A DNA stretch of 62,914 nt, filler included. It is 5 parts of 5 records of this genome, joined end to end, with 100 filler letters (N's around TTAATTAATTAA, not from the genome) between each part and the next. Parts side by side here need not be neighbours in the genome. Positions count along the whole stretch, not along the records: positions 31,548 to 38,890 come from SRR31156797_4303; positions 38,991 to 49,115 come from SRR31156797_4307; 3 more parts are not named here. One strand, given 5' to 3'. Below the pieces are notes generated by a model. The model saw only the letters and a program-made list of their open reading frames with translations. It made no database searches and had not been told where the DNA came from. Shown here in pieces: positions 38,564 through 47,908 of this stretch (position 1 is its first letter; each line of letters opens with the position of its first letter). The translations under genes and the position numbers were made by a program.

Positions 38564-38890
38564 ATGAAATTAACTAAGTTAGCTAGTGCTTTTGCACTAA
38601 GTGCAGCTGTTTGTACTTCAGTATTTGCAGCAGATACAGTTAAGATCGGTGTACAAGCACCAATTACAGGGAAGTATGCAAATGAGGGACAAGGTATTGA
38701 CAACTTTGTTAGACTTATTGTAGATGAAAAGAACAAAGAGGGTGGACTACTTGGTAAAAAGATTGAAGTAGTTACTTGTGATGATGAAGCAAAAGCTCAA
38801 AAAGCAGCTGTTTGTGCTAAGAAGTTAGCAAATGCAGGTGTTTTTGCAGTAATTGGTTCTTATACTTCAGGAGCAACAGAAGCTGCTCAA
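38564..38890 (+). CDS. Branched-chain amino acid ABC substrate-binding protein (5' part)
   Basis: KIGVQAPITGKYA, GGLLGKKIE, DD, VIGSYTSGAT; truncated by the spacer. Confidence 0.88.
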
Positions 38891-38990
38891 NNNNNNNNNN
38901 NNNNNNNNNNNNNNNNNNNNNNNNNNNNNNNNNNTTAATTAATTAANNNNNNNNNNNNNNNNNNNNNNNNNNNNNNNNNNNNNNNNNNNN
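38891..38990. other. Artificial contig spacer
   Basis: 44 N + TTAATTAATTAA + 44 N. Confidence 0.98.
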
Positions 38991-39020
38991 ACTCGGGTTC
39001 GATTCCCGGTGGGATCACCA
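38991..39020 (+). tRNA. 3' fragment of a tRNA (T arm, acceptor strand, CCA); Glu-like but anticodon not visible
   Basis: AC-TCGGG-TTCGATT-CCCGG-TGGGATC-A-CCA. Confidence 0.8.
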
Positions 39021-39033
39021 TTCAAGCGATCAA

Positions 39034-39066
39034 GGGGTCCTGGAAGAAATTCCAGGACCCTTTTTT
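39034..39066 (+). terminator. Intrinsic terminator after the tRNA
   Basis: GGGTCCTGGAA-GAAA-TTCCAGGACCC-TTTTTT. Confidence 0.9.
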
Positions 39067-39146
39067 ATTGTATTTTTTCCGATCCCCCACAGCAACTCCG
39101 CAGGGGATCGTTACGCAAAAAGAGGTGCTTAGAGCAAGCCCTTGCG

Positions 39147-40274
39147 CTACCAGTCCCTTTTACCGTTTTTCTTCATCTGTTTAATCTTCTGGGCCACCCC
39201 TTTCCAGCGCTCCTTCTCCACCCGGTCGGCACTTTTCTGTTTGCGCTGTGCCAGATACTCCAGCTCCCGCATCTGCTTCAGGTAGCTGTCCAGCCGCTCC
39301 AGCTCCAATTCTCCGCTCAAGCAGGCTTCCTTGACCCGGCACCCGGGTTCTCCCGTATGGGTACAGTCGGAGAACCGGCAACTTGCGGCCCAGGCGTCAA
39401 TATCCGGGAACGCGCTGTCGGCGGCTTCGCCCACCTCCCAGAACGCGATCTCACGAATGCCGGGGTTATCGATAAAAAGCCCGCCCCCGGGAAGACGAAT
39501 CAGGTCCCGGGTGGTGGTGGTATGAACCCCCTTGCCCACATGCTGGCTCACCTCCCGGGTGGCTTGAATCTCTTTTCCGGCAAGCAGATTGACCAGGGTG
39601 GACTTGCCCGCCCCCGAAGACCCCAGGAGCGCGACGGTCTTTCCCGGGGCAAGATAAGGGGCCAGGGCTTCAATTCCCGCTTTCTCAATGGCCGAGACCG
39701 AATGAACGGGTACGCCAAAGGAAACGGCCTCCACCTGGCGGACAAACGGCTCCGGAGAATCATGAAGGTCCGATTTGGTCAGGATCACCACCGGGCTGCA
39801 TCCGCAGTTGTACACCAATGTGAGGTACCTCTCGATACGCCGGATGTTGAAGTCCCTGTCCAACCCGCAAACGATAAACACCCAATCCAGGTTGGCGGCA
39901 ATCACCTGGTTTTGCACGGCGGTGCTCTCTTTCTTTCCCTGCCGTCCGGAAGCGCCCCTGGACAGGGCGTTTTTCCGGGGCAGGACAGCGGCGATTCTGC
40001 CCTTGTCCAGCACCACCCAGTCCCCGGTGGCCGGGAAAAGAAGGGTGCCGGGCGCCTGATGGCGGAATTTTCCCATGATGGCGGCCCACCGCTCTTCCTG
40101 CCCGTCATTCACAAGAAAAAGATTCTTTCGAACCCCGGTGACCCGGGCAATCTCCTGTTTCCTGACATGCTCCGGTGGCAAGGTGCTTTCATATTTTTCA
40201 TCAAAGCCCATGGCTGCAAGTTGTCTTAGAGGGCTCAGGTCTTTTTTAATGGTCTTTCGAATAATGATATCCAT
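39147..40274 (-). CDS. rsgA: Ribosome small subunit-dependent GTPase A (long type)
   Basis: Circularly permuted G motifs TKSD, GSSGAGKST, HTTT, DNPG; Zn site CRFSDCTHTGEPGC; basic C-terminal extension. Confidence 0.93.
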   Translation of the reverse strand: MDIIIRKTIKKDLSPLRQLAAMGFDEKYESTLPPEHVRKQEIARVTGVRKNLFLVNDGQEERWAAIMGKFRHQAPGTLLFPATGDWVVLDKGRIAAVLPRKNALSRGASGRQGKKESTAVQNQVIAANLDWVFIVCGLDRDFNIRRIERYLTLVYNCGCSPVVILTKSDLHDSPEPFVRQVEAVSFGVPVHSVSAIEKAGIEALAPYLAPGKTVALLGSSGAGKSTLVNLLAGKEIQATREVSQHVGKGVHTTTTRDLIRLPGGGLFIDNPGIREIAFWEVGEAADSAFPDIDAWAASCRFSDCTHTGEPGCRVKEACLSGELELERLDSYLKQMRELEYLAQRKQKSADRVEKERWKGVAQKIKQMKKNGKRDW

Positions 40275-40574
40275 GGTATTTCCCCTCCAGGGGTTTTTCC
40301 TTCCGTAACAAAAATAATTTCAAGAAGAACAACCACATCCGGAGGATGGGGTGTAATCTCCTGTAAATTGAATAAAAAAGGCTAATTGTATGAATGGAAT
40401 ATCGCTGCGAGACCGGAAGGTACAACTCTGGTAACGGAATGGAACAATGGTGAGCGCATTGGATACACTCACCTGATCATGCATGGCGCCAGGAACCGCA
40501 GAGGCTACGCAATCCTGTCCGTCATACGGTTTTTTTAGAATATAACTAGGGTCGGGGGTCCGGGTGAACCGCCG

Positions 40575-40649
40575 TTATCGATCCATCAATCGTTCCATCC
40601 GTTTTCGGTCCGCAACGATTGACACATCCTCCATGAATTTCCTGAACAA
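40575..40649 (-). CDS. Putative leader peptide (uORF) upstream of rsgA
   Basis: AAAGGAG + 5 nt + TTG gives MFRKFMEDVSIVADRKRMERLMDR*. In-frame alternatives are ATG 40634 and ATC 40619, the latter 8 nt after GGAGG. Confidence 0.45.
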   Translation of the reverse strand: MFRKFMEDVSIVADRKRMERLMDR

Positions 40650-40700
40650 ACAAGCTCCTTTCCGGCGCCCGGCGCCAACGTGTAAGGTTATCTGTCGGCC

Positions 40701-40728
40701 ATTATATTTATAAAAACAGGCCTGTCAA
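40701..40728 (-). promoter_or_regulatory. Consensus sigma70 promoter for the rsgA leader
   Basis: TTGACA (40728-40723) - 16 nt - TATAAT (40706-40701). Confidence 0.8.
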
Positions 40729-40745
40729 GAAAAGCTTGCAATGAA

Positions 40746-41360
40746 TTACAGGGTAACAACGCGAAGGGCCAACAGCAGAAGGATGACTCCGGTGATCCGG
40801 TCGATGGAACGGGCATGTTTTCTCAGGCGGTCCAGAGCCCCCTTGCGGGAAAGCAGGGCAGCCACCAGACAAAACCAGCCGCCGTCGATGACGGTGGCGG
40901 TCAATACCATCACAAGGCTGGCTGTCCAGGGCATCCCGGGGGATACGAACTGGCTGAACAATGCCAGAAAAAAGACCATCAGTTTGGGATTCAGCAGGGA
41001 GATCATCAGCCCATCCCTTGCGGCGCCGAGCCTCCCGGTTGTTTCGGTACCCGGGCCTTCCCCTTCCATGGATTTTTCACGGGCGCGCAGGGCCTTGATG
41101 CCCAGCCAGGCCAGATAGCTTCCGCCACCCCAGGAAAGGCATCTATGCAGATCAGGATTAAAGGCAAACAGGGTTGCCAGTCCCGAGACTGTCAGGAATG
41201 CATAGAAACCGACCCCCAAACTGTGGGCAACACCCGTGGCCATCCCCTTGCTACGGGAGCCCCGGACGGTATTTCGCATCACAACAGCCAGGCTGGGGCC
41301 GGGGGAGATGGCCCCCATGAAACAGATAGCAGCAAGTGAAAGCCAGGATATAAACGCCAT
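40746..41360 (-). CDS. LysE/RhtB family exporter
   Basis: ISPGPSLAVV, YLAWLG, LLNPKLMVFF. Confidence 0.92.
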   Translation of the reverse strand: MAFISWLSLAAICFMGAISPGPSLAVVMRNTVRGSRSKGMATGVAHSLGVGFYAFLTVSGLATLFAFNPDLHRCLSWGGGSYLAWLGIKALRAREKSMEGEGPGTETTGRLGAARDGLMISLLNPKLMVFFLALFSQFVSPGMPWTASLVMVLTATVIDGGWFCLVAALLSRKGALDRLRKHARSIDRITGVILLLLALRVVTL

Positions 41361-41523
41361 TTATTCCTCCTTTGGTACGGATATTCTGCAAACAAGACAC
41401 GGTAAATCCTTCATGGGAGATCTTATACCCCGGCTCAAGGTATAAGAAAAATTGATTTTGGTAATGGCTTATATGATTTGAAATCATACCTCTCCCCTGC
41501 CTTGAACACATACGGGGGGATTG

Positions 41524-42450
41524 CTATGACCTGTCGGGCAGATATTCCGGAGAATAGGTGGACTCGATCATTGGAGCGATGATCTGCTCCCGCACCCAGC
41601 GGTGGGCAGGATCATGGTGGTGGATGCCATGCCACAGGAGATAATAGTTTTCCGTGGGAACAGGCATGGGGAACTCCCCGTAGGTGATGGGGAAATGACG
41701 CCGGGCATTGACGGCGATATGCAACGGGAGGGTCATGAGCATCGGGCTGCGGACCAGTATACTGAACGCCGATGAAAAAAAAGGGACCGAGACCGATATG
41801 TTTCTTTTGGATTGTTGCTGTGCCAGATAACGATCCAGAAAGGAATCCTTGTCTCCACCGCCCGTGACCCGAAGGTGGGGGTAGCACAGCAGGTTCTCTA
41901 GGGTCAGGCGGCTCCCGGCCAGGGGATGATTTTCGGCCATGGCGCATACGGGATAGTCACTCCCCATGGGCGTCCCGTAAAGGTTGTCAGGAAGATCCGA
42001 GACCAGGGTGGCGACCATATCCACGGGCAAGGTTCCCAGGGATTCCAGCATGTGCGGTTCCATCATGCGATAATGCAATTGGATCCCTGGCGCAGTACAA
42101 TGTATGGCATCCACGATATGGGGGAATATGTACTGGGCCACGTAATCCGACGAGGCCATTGTAAATGAACGCCTGCAGGCGGCAGGATCGAACGTTTCCT
42201 GATCGAACAAGGCCTTGACATCCCCCATGACCTGGTGCAGCCGAGGCAAAAGCTGTTTGGCGCGATCCGTCAGGAGATAGCGGGTCCCCTCCCGTATCAG
42301 GAGGGGGTCGCCCAGCTGCTCCCGTAAAAGGGAAAGATTACGGCTCATGGCGGATTGCGTCACGTTCAGTTGAGCGGCGGCACGGGTCACATTGGCACAG
42401 GTAAGCAGTGCATGAAGCGCCTTGAGCAAATTCAGGTTAAGATGATTCAT
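41524..42450 (-). CDS. LysR-family regulator (NodD/LeuO-like)
   Basis: NVTRAAAQLNVTQSAMS...LGDPLLIR; FDPA; DPAHRWVR. Confidence 0.92.
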   Translation of the reverse strand: MNHLNLNLLKALHALLTCANVTRAAAQLNVTQSAMSRNLSLLREQLGDPLLIREGTRYLLTDRAKQLLPRLHQVMGDVKALFDQETFDPAACRRSFTMASSDYVAQYIFPHIVDAIHCTAPGIQLHYRMMEPHMLESLGTLPVDMVATLVSDLPDNLYGTPMGSDYPVCAMAENHPLAGSRLTLENLLCYPHLRVTGGGDKDSFLDRYLAQQQSKRNISVSVPFFSSAFSILVRSPMLMTLPLHIAVNARRHFPITYGEFPMPVPTENYYLLWHGIHHHDPAHRWVREQIIAPMIESTYSPEYLPDRS

Positions 42451-42468
42451 CCTCTTTTTCCATACGGG

Positions 42469-43950
42469 TCAAGCAGGCAGATAGACCCGGAAGCAGGCGC
42501 CCTGGTCCTGGTTTTGCTCCGCCACGATCCTGCCGCCGTGGGCTTCGACGATTTTCTTGCAGATATGGAGTCCCAGCCCTGAGCCCGCCTCTGTCCAGGA
42601 CCTGGCCGGGTCCACCTGATAAAAACGGTCAAAGATCTTGCCCAACCGATCCTTGGGAATCCCGACACCGGTGTCGCAAACGGCCAATTCCACCCACTTG
42701 TCCTGGCTTTGTCCCAGGGTGATGCGGATGGCGCCGTTTTCCGGGGTGAATTTGACGGCGTTGTCCAAAAGGTTGTTGAACACCTGGAACAGCTTGACCC
42801 TGTCCGCCCGGATCACGATCTCCTCACACTCGCCCATGGAAAAATCGATCTGTTTCTCCTGGGCCATGGGCAGGAAGAATTCATGCATATCCCTGGCAAT
42901 GTCGCAGAGGTTGACATACTCGAACTCAAGAGCAACCTTGTTTGAGTCAAACCGGGTGATCAGGAACAGGTCGTTGACCATTTTGATCAGGACATTGATC
43001 CGTTCGAGACAGACCTGCATGGATTCCCGGTATTCGTACTCATTCCGTTTCTGGGACAGGGCCACCTCGATCTCCCCCTTGAGTGCGAACAGGGGATTAC
43101 GAAGCTCGTGGGAAACATCGGAAGTGAACTGCTTGATCTCATGAAACGAGATTTCCAGCCGGTCCATCATGGAGTTGATGGTCACGGTCAGATCCCGGAT
43201 CTCATCCTGCACCTCCGGGACATGAAGCCGCTCCCTGAGATTCCGGGAGGTGATCTTTTGGGTGACCCGGGTGATATTCCGGATCGTCTTTCTCGGCTTT
43301 CTCGAGACAAGGACCCCGCCGCCAATGCACAGGAGCAGGAGGATGGGGATGGCGATAATAATATTTTCCAGGAAATTGGCGGTGATCTTATCGATCCGCC
43401 GGGAGTTGGTACAGATCTGGACCAGGATCTTTCTATCCAGGGCCGGAAGATAGAGGTGTTCTTCACGGATAAGGAGGCTGCCCTGGGCTTTCATTCTGGA
43501 GGAATCAAACTCGAGCCGCTTTTCCCAAGCCGGGAAGGCGATGTGGAAGGAATTTTTCGACTGGTAGAGATTCTCTCCCAGGGGGGTCGCCACCCTGAAA
43601 TAGATGGGGAAATATTTCCGCTTGCTCGTGTCCTGATCAAAGAGCATGCAGCCGTCCAAAAGACCGTTGCCAGTCAAAGGCTCGTCATAAATCCCCTCTA
43701 TCCGCTCATCGACATCAGCCGAGACCTTATTCCCGGCCTGCTTTAACATATACTCGTCGTGGATCTCATCGATCAGCTCATCGGCTTCGTCCGAGAGCAT
43801 GTTTCCCACCTGCTTCAAAAAATTGTGCTCGAGCCTGTAATAGAGGAACGAACTCTGGAGCAGGGCCAGGAGAAAGAAGATCGTGGAGTAGATAACCGTT
43901 ATCTTGACATCGAATCGCTGGAAGAGGCTAATCTTCTTCTTTAAGGACAT
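42469..43950 (-). CDS. Sensor histidine kinase, CusS/CzcS-like
   Basis: Two TM segments, HAMP, FTSDVSHELRNPL, NLLDNAVKF, GSGLGL. Start MSLKKK at 43950. Confidence 0.9.
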   Translation of the reverse strand: MSLKKKISLFQRFDVKITVIYSTIFFLLALLQSSFLYYRLEHNFLKQVGNMLSDEADELIDEIHDEYMLKQAGNKVSADVDERIEGIYDEPLTGNGLLDGCMLFDQDTSKRKYFPIYFRVATPLGENLYQSKNSFHIAFPAWEKRLEFDSSRMKAQGSLLIREEHLYLPALDRKILVQICTNSRRIDKITANFLENIIIAIPILLLLCIGGGVLVSRKPRKTIRNITRVTQKITSRNLRERLHVPEVQDEIRDLTVTINSMMDRLEISFHEIKQFTSDVSHELRNPLFALKGEIEVALSQKRNEYEYRESMQVCLERINVLIKMVNDLFLITRFDSNKVALEFEYVNLCDIARDMHEFFLPMAQEKQIDFSMGECEEIVIRADRVKLFQVFNNLLDNAVKFTPENGAIRITLGQSQDKWVELAVCDTGVGIPKDRLGKIFDRFYQVDPARSWTEAGSGLGLHICKKIVEAHGGRIVAEQNQDQGACFRVYLPA

Positions 43951-44605
43951 AACCGACACCCTTGATGGTATGTATGAGCCTGCTCTTGAACTGCTTGTCA
44001 ATTTTTCCCCGCAGGCGGTTAATATGAACATCGATGATGTTACTGGAGGTGTCAAAATTATATCCCCACACCTTTTCGAGAATCATGGTTCGGGTCAGCA
44101 CATGGCCTGAATTTCTCATCAGGTATTCCAGCAGCAGGAATTCCTTGCCCGAAAGCTCGATGCGCTGGCCGTCCCGCTTGGCCGTCCGGGCCACCAGATC
44201 CAGGGAGAGATCCCCCACAGTGAGCCGTTCAAACCGCTTTTCATTCCCGCCCCTTCTCAATACCGCCTTGATCCTGGCAAGGAGTTCGGCAAAGGCAAAG
44301 GGCTTGACAAGGTAGTCGTCCGCCCCGAGATTGAGTCCGTGGACAATATCGTCCGGGGCGTCCCTGGCCGTCAGAAAAACCACCGGGGTGTCTTTCCCCG
44401 CCTTCCTGAGTTCCGAGATGATCTCAAACCCGCTCAACCCCGGCAGCATTACATCCAGGACAATCAGGTCATAGGATTGATTCGTGGCAAGGAACAGGCC
44501 ATCCTCCCCGTTGAGAACGGCATCAATGGTATAGCCGGACTCGGTCAATCCTTTTTTGATGAAGCGTAATGCCCCCTTGTCATCTTCGACAACTAAAATT
44601 TTCAT
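43928..44605 (-). CDS. OmpR-family response regulator, CusR-like
   Basis: MKILVVEDD, LDVMLP, GADDYLVKPFAFAEL, VWGYNFD, IHTIKGVGY. Confidence 0.93.
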   Translation of the reverse strand: MKILVVEDDKGALRFIKKGLTESGYTIDAVLNGEDGLFLATNQSYDLIVLDVMLPGLSGFEIISELRKAGKDTPVVFLTARDAPDDIVHGLNLGADDYLVKPFAFAELLARIKAVLRRGGNEKRFERLTVGDLSLDLVARTAKRDGQRIELSGKEFLLLEYLMRNSGHVLTRTMILEKVWGYNFDTSSNIIDVHINRLRGKIDKQFKSRLIHTIKGVGYVLKEED

Positions 44606-44749
44606 GGTTTCTAACCCGATCTCCACGCCATTTGCTGGTGTGGCCCTTTTGTATATGGATACCACATGGTTTAAGCTTACCACTATTTCTACTCCCTGAC
44701 CACAGGGAGGAGAAAGTGAAACATATCACACCCGCCCCGGCCATGCCAT

Positions 44750-46240
44750 TCAAATAACGGCGCGGGCATCCGGTTCATCCCCGTGGGGGGCGGCCTTCTC
44801 CTTTAGCAGGAGATAACCGTTGATCTCTTTCCATTTAACGAACCGCGCAAGCACCGGCCCTGGAATCCGGTGGAGGTATTTTTTCCGAACAGCCACCACA
44901 TCCCGGGTGTCATCGTTCAAAAGAGTGTCAAGCCCGGCAACAGAATCCAGCCGCCCGGCCGTTCCCCTTGAATAAAAATCCGCGGAAAAGGGCTTTTTAA
45001 AGAGATAGGTGAGGCGGCCGCCGTTACAACTGTCAACCAGCGGGGCAACGGTCCGGACCAGCTGTTTCTGGCTTCGCTGCCAGGGACCGACCCCGGAGGC
45101 CACAACAAGGGTGGCAACCATGGCAAGCACCAGCATGAAGCCTGCCCCCGCCAGAATCGGCCGTGGGGCAACCGCCCCCTTGCCCCGCTTCAGGACCTCG
45201 GCCCCGAGCAGGGCAAAGGCGGGCAGCCCGGGCAGGACATAGGCGGGCAGGATGTTGCCCGCCAGGGTAAAAAGGAGCATGGGGGTGACGGACCAGAGGA
45301 TGAGATAGGTATACCAGTCCTTCCCGGATTTCAGAGTCCCGGTGATACCCATCGGATGTTTCGCAAGCATACCGGGGACAATGATGGACCAGGGAAAGGC
45401 GGACCCCAGCCAGTAGATCCAGATGGTGCCCCGGGGACGGGCATGGGCCGACCCGTAGAGATCTCCCTCCCAGCCCGACACCAGGAACCGGTTCCAATGC
45501 TCGCCCACCAGGAAATACGCTAGGAAACCCGGGGTTTTCCACTCCGCCGCAACATACCAGGGAAGCGCCAGGGTCAGGGTCAAAACCGTGCCCTTGACCC
45601 AGGGCAGCCCCCGGAACACCTGCCGGATCCGCCCACAGGCCACGGTCCAGACCGCCAGGGGAAAACCGATGAGCACCAATGCCACCGGCCCCTTGGCCAG
45701 AAGCCCCATGGCAATGCCCGCAAAAAAGAGATAGCCCCACACCCGCCCTGGGGCGGTTCCGGTGTCCATGGCCCGCCAGAACGCAACCATGCAGAGGGTG
45801 GTGGCGCACCCCAGGCTTGAATCGGTCATCACGGCCCCGCCCGCGATCCAGAAGAGCAGGCAGGAGGAAAGGATAAGCGCGGCGGTGCGGCCAAAGAGCG
45901 GCCCCTTTTGCCGGGCCGCCAAATGCCACACCATGGCCACCATGAGAAGGTTCATGAGAAAGGAGGGCAGCCGCCCGGCCCATTCATGGAGGCCCACCAC
46001 CCGGAACCCTGCCGCGGTGAGCCAGAAGGAAAGGGGCGGTTTTCCCCAGAAGGGAACGCCCAGGCTGAACTGGGGGGTGATCCAGTCTCCCGTGGCCACC
46101 ATCAGCCGGGCGATCTCCCCGTACCGGGCCTCGGTGGTGTCGGCTAGGGGGTATAGACCGAGGGAAAGCAGCCGGACCGCTCCCAGGCCCACCAGGAGCA
46201 GGAGAAGGTATCGTCCCAACCGCGCCTTGTTTTCTTTCAT
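44750..46240 (-). CDS. ArnT/PMT-like (GT-C) glycosyltransferase
   Basis: DTTEARYGEIARLM, GDWITP, KPPL, LAKGP, YVLP. Start 46240 after a GGAGG RBS. Confidence 0.9.
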   Translation of the reverse strand: MKENKARLGRYLLLLLVGLGAVRLLSLGLYPLADTTEARYGEIARLMVATGDWITPQFSLGVPFWGKPPLSFWLTAAGFRVVGLHEWAGRLPSFLMNLLMVAMVWHLAARQKGPLFGRTAALILSSCLLFWIAGGAVMTDSSLGCATTLCMVAFWRAMDTGTAPGRVWGYLFFAGIAMGLLAKGPVALVLIGFPLAVWTVACGRIRQVFRGLPWVKGTVLTLTLALPWYVAAEWKTPGFLAYFLVGEHWNRFLVSGWEGDLYGSAHARPRGTIWIYWLGSAFPWSIIVPGMLAKHPMGITGTLKSGKDWYTYLILWSVTPMLLFTLAGNILPAYVLPGLPAFALLGAEVLKRGKGAVAPRPILAGAGFMLVLAMVATLVVASGVGPWQRSQKQLVRTVAPLVDSCNGGRLTYLFKKPFSADFYSRGTAGRLDSVAGLDTLLNDDTRDVVAVRKKYLHRIPGPVLARFVKWKEINGYLLLKEKAAPHGDEPDARAVI

Positions 46241-47262
46241 GACAACCTCCTTTGGGTGGTGATCCGGGGCAGCCCCCCGGTGGATCGGGCGGCGGTGTGG
46301 TGATGCTTCACAAGATAGAGGGGACGGTTCTTGGTTTCCATGAACACCCGGCCCAGATATTCCCCCATGATACCGATGGACAGGAGCTGGATCCCGCCGA
46401 GGAACAGGATCGCCACCATGAGGCTGGGATAGCCCGGCACCGGGTCGCCCCACACCAGGGTCCTGGCCACCACAAGGGCCCCGTAGAAAAAAGCGGCCAG
46501 GGAGATCAGGATGCCTGCGACGCTCGCCGCCTTCAAGGGGGCCACGGAAAAGGAGGTGAGCCCCTCCATGGCCAGGTTCCACAGGCGAAAATAGTTCCAT
46601 TTGGTGGCCCCGGCATCCCGGGCATCCCGGTGAAAGGGGACCTCCTTCACGGCAAAACCGATCCAGGCAAACATCCCCTTCATCATGCGGTTCCGCTCGG
46701 GCATCCGGCCCAGGGCATCCAGGGCCCTGCGGCTCAAAAGCCGAAAGTCCCCCACGTTTTCCGGCATCTTCACCGGACCGATCCGGCCCATGAGGGAATA
46801 AAAGGCCTGGGCGGTGCGCCGCTTGACCCAGCTTTCCCCCGCCCTTGTGGCCCTTTTCATGTTCACCACATCGTAACCGTTCCGCCAGTGGCGGACCATG
46901 ACCGGGATCAACTCCGGGGGATCCTGGAGATCCGCATCGATAAAAATGGCGGCATTCCCCCTGGCATGATCGATCCCGGCGGTCACGGCCGCCTCCTTGC
47001 CGAAATTCCGGGAAAAATCGACCACCTGGACCCTGGAATCCCCGGCCATGAATCCGAGGATCTGTTTCAGCGTCCGGTCCGTACTGCCGTCATTGACATA
47101 GAGAATTTCCCACCGCACCTCCCGGACCGAGGAAAGGACCGCGCACAGGCGATGATGAAAGGTGGGGACCACCTCCTCTTCGTTAAATACCGGTACGATC
47201 ACCGACACCAGCCCGGCCCGGGGAAAGGGTCGCACCACTGGATCTGAGGGTTCTTGTTTCAT
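46237..47262 (-). CDS. GT2 polyprenol-phosphate glycosyltransferase (GtrB/ArnC-like)
   Basis: VPVFNEE, NDGSTD, SRNFGKEAA, DADLQDPP, GDFRL, GEYLGR; two C-terminal TM segments. Confidence 0.92.
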   Translation of the reverse strand: MKQEPSDPVVRPFPRAGLVSVIVPVFNEEEVVPTFHHRLCAVLSSVREVRWEILYVNDGSTDRTLKQILGFMAGDSRVQVVDFSRNFGKEAAVTAGIDHARGNAAIFIDADLQDPPELIPVMVRHWRNGYDVVNMKRATRAGESWVKRRTAQAFYSLMGRIGPVKMPENVGDFRLLSRRALDALGRMPERNRMMKGMFAWIGFAVKEVPFHRDARDAGATKWNYFRLWNLAMEGLTSFSVAPLKAASVAGILISLAAFFYGALVVARTLVWGDPVPGYPSLMVAILFLGGIQLLSIGIMGEYLGRVFMETKNRPLYLVKHHHTAARSTGGLPRITTQRRLS

Positions 47263-47273
47263 TTGCGTCTCCT

Positions 47274-47732
47274 TTAATAAATCCACAATCGGCTCACCAG
47301 AAATCCAAAACCAAACTGCATGGCCGTGGCCAGGGCCTGGGACGGCACCAGGGGCCATCCCCCTGCCTCCAGGGCAAGGGTCAGGACCCGCCCGTTTATC
47401 AGGGTTCCCGCCGCGGCCATGGCGACAAACCGGACCAGGGCCCTTTGATGGGAAGTTGAACTGCGAAAGGTGAGGTGAAAATTAAGCCAGTAGATGATGG
47501 CGGCCCCCATGACGGCCCCACAGTAAGACGCCCCCACCGGGTCCAGGTCAAAGCCCCGGACCAGCAACGCCATCAGACTGAAATGGGCGGCCGTGCCCAG
47601 GATGCTGACCCACAGGTAGGCACCCGCCTGACAGGAAAACCCGCGCACACGCCCCTGCCACCCGGCCATGCCCCACAGCCTGAAAGGACAGGGGGAAGCA
47701 ATGATTTTGTTGAATTGTTGTTGCCGTTTCAT
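47274..47732 (-). CDS. GtrA-family flippase
   Basis: Small 4-TM protein with YWLNFHLTFR, RF and SRLWIY motifs; upstream of the GT2 gene. Confidence 0.8.
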   Translation of the reverse strand: MKRQQQFNKIIASPCPFRLWGMAGWQGRVRGFSCQAGAYLWVSILGTAAHFSLMALLVRGFDLDPVGASYCGAVMGAAIIYWLNFHLTFRSSTSHQRALVRFVAMAAAGTLINGRVLTLALEAGGWPLVPSQALATAMQFGFGFLVSRLWIY

Positions 47733-47908
47733 GGGAGGCAGTTATACCCCATGGGAATGACACGAACATGACAGCGGAATTAAAATACCGTCATTTTGAA
47801 TAAAAACGATTTTTCAGTAAACAAACAGGAAGGGAATAACCTGGGAGAGTCTCCCGGGATGCAAAGAAGGGGACCGGGGATGACGCCTGTCCGGGCGCCG
47901 GCAGGAAT

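Noticed and set aside
39009..40229. 406-aa plus-strand ORF
   Set aside because: Antisense to rsgA in GC-rich DNA, with no motifs, and it starts inside the tRNA.
38991..44605. Genomic island integrated at the tRNA
   Set aside because: No integrase and no second att copy were seen; the tRNA is simply cut by the contig edge and followed by its terminator.
46241..46600. N-terminal extension of the ArnT-like ORF
   Set aside because: It lies in another frame of the GT2 gene; the RBS and ATGA overlap support a start at 46240.
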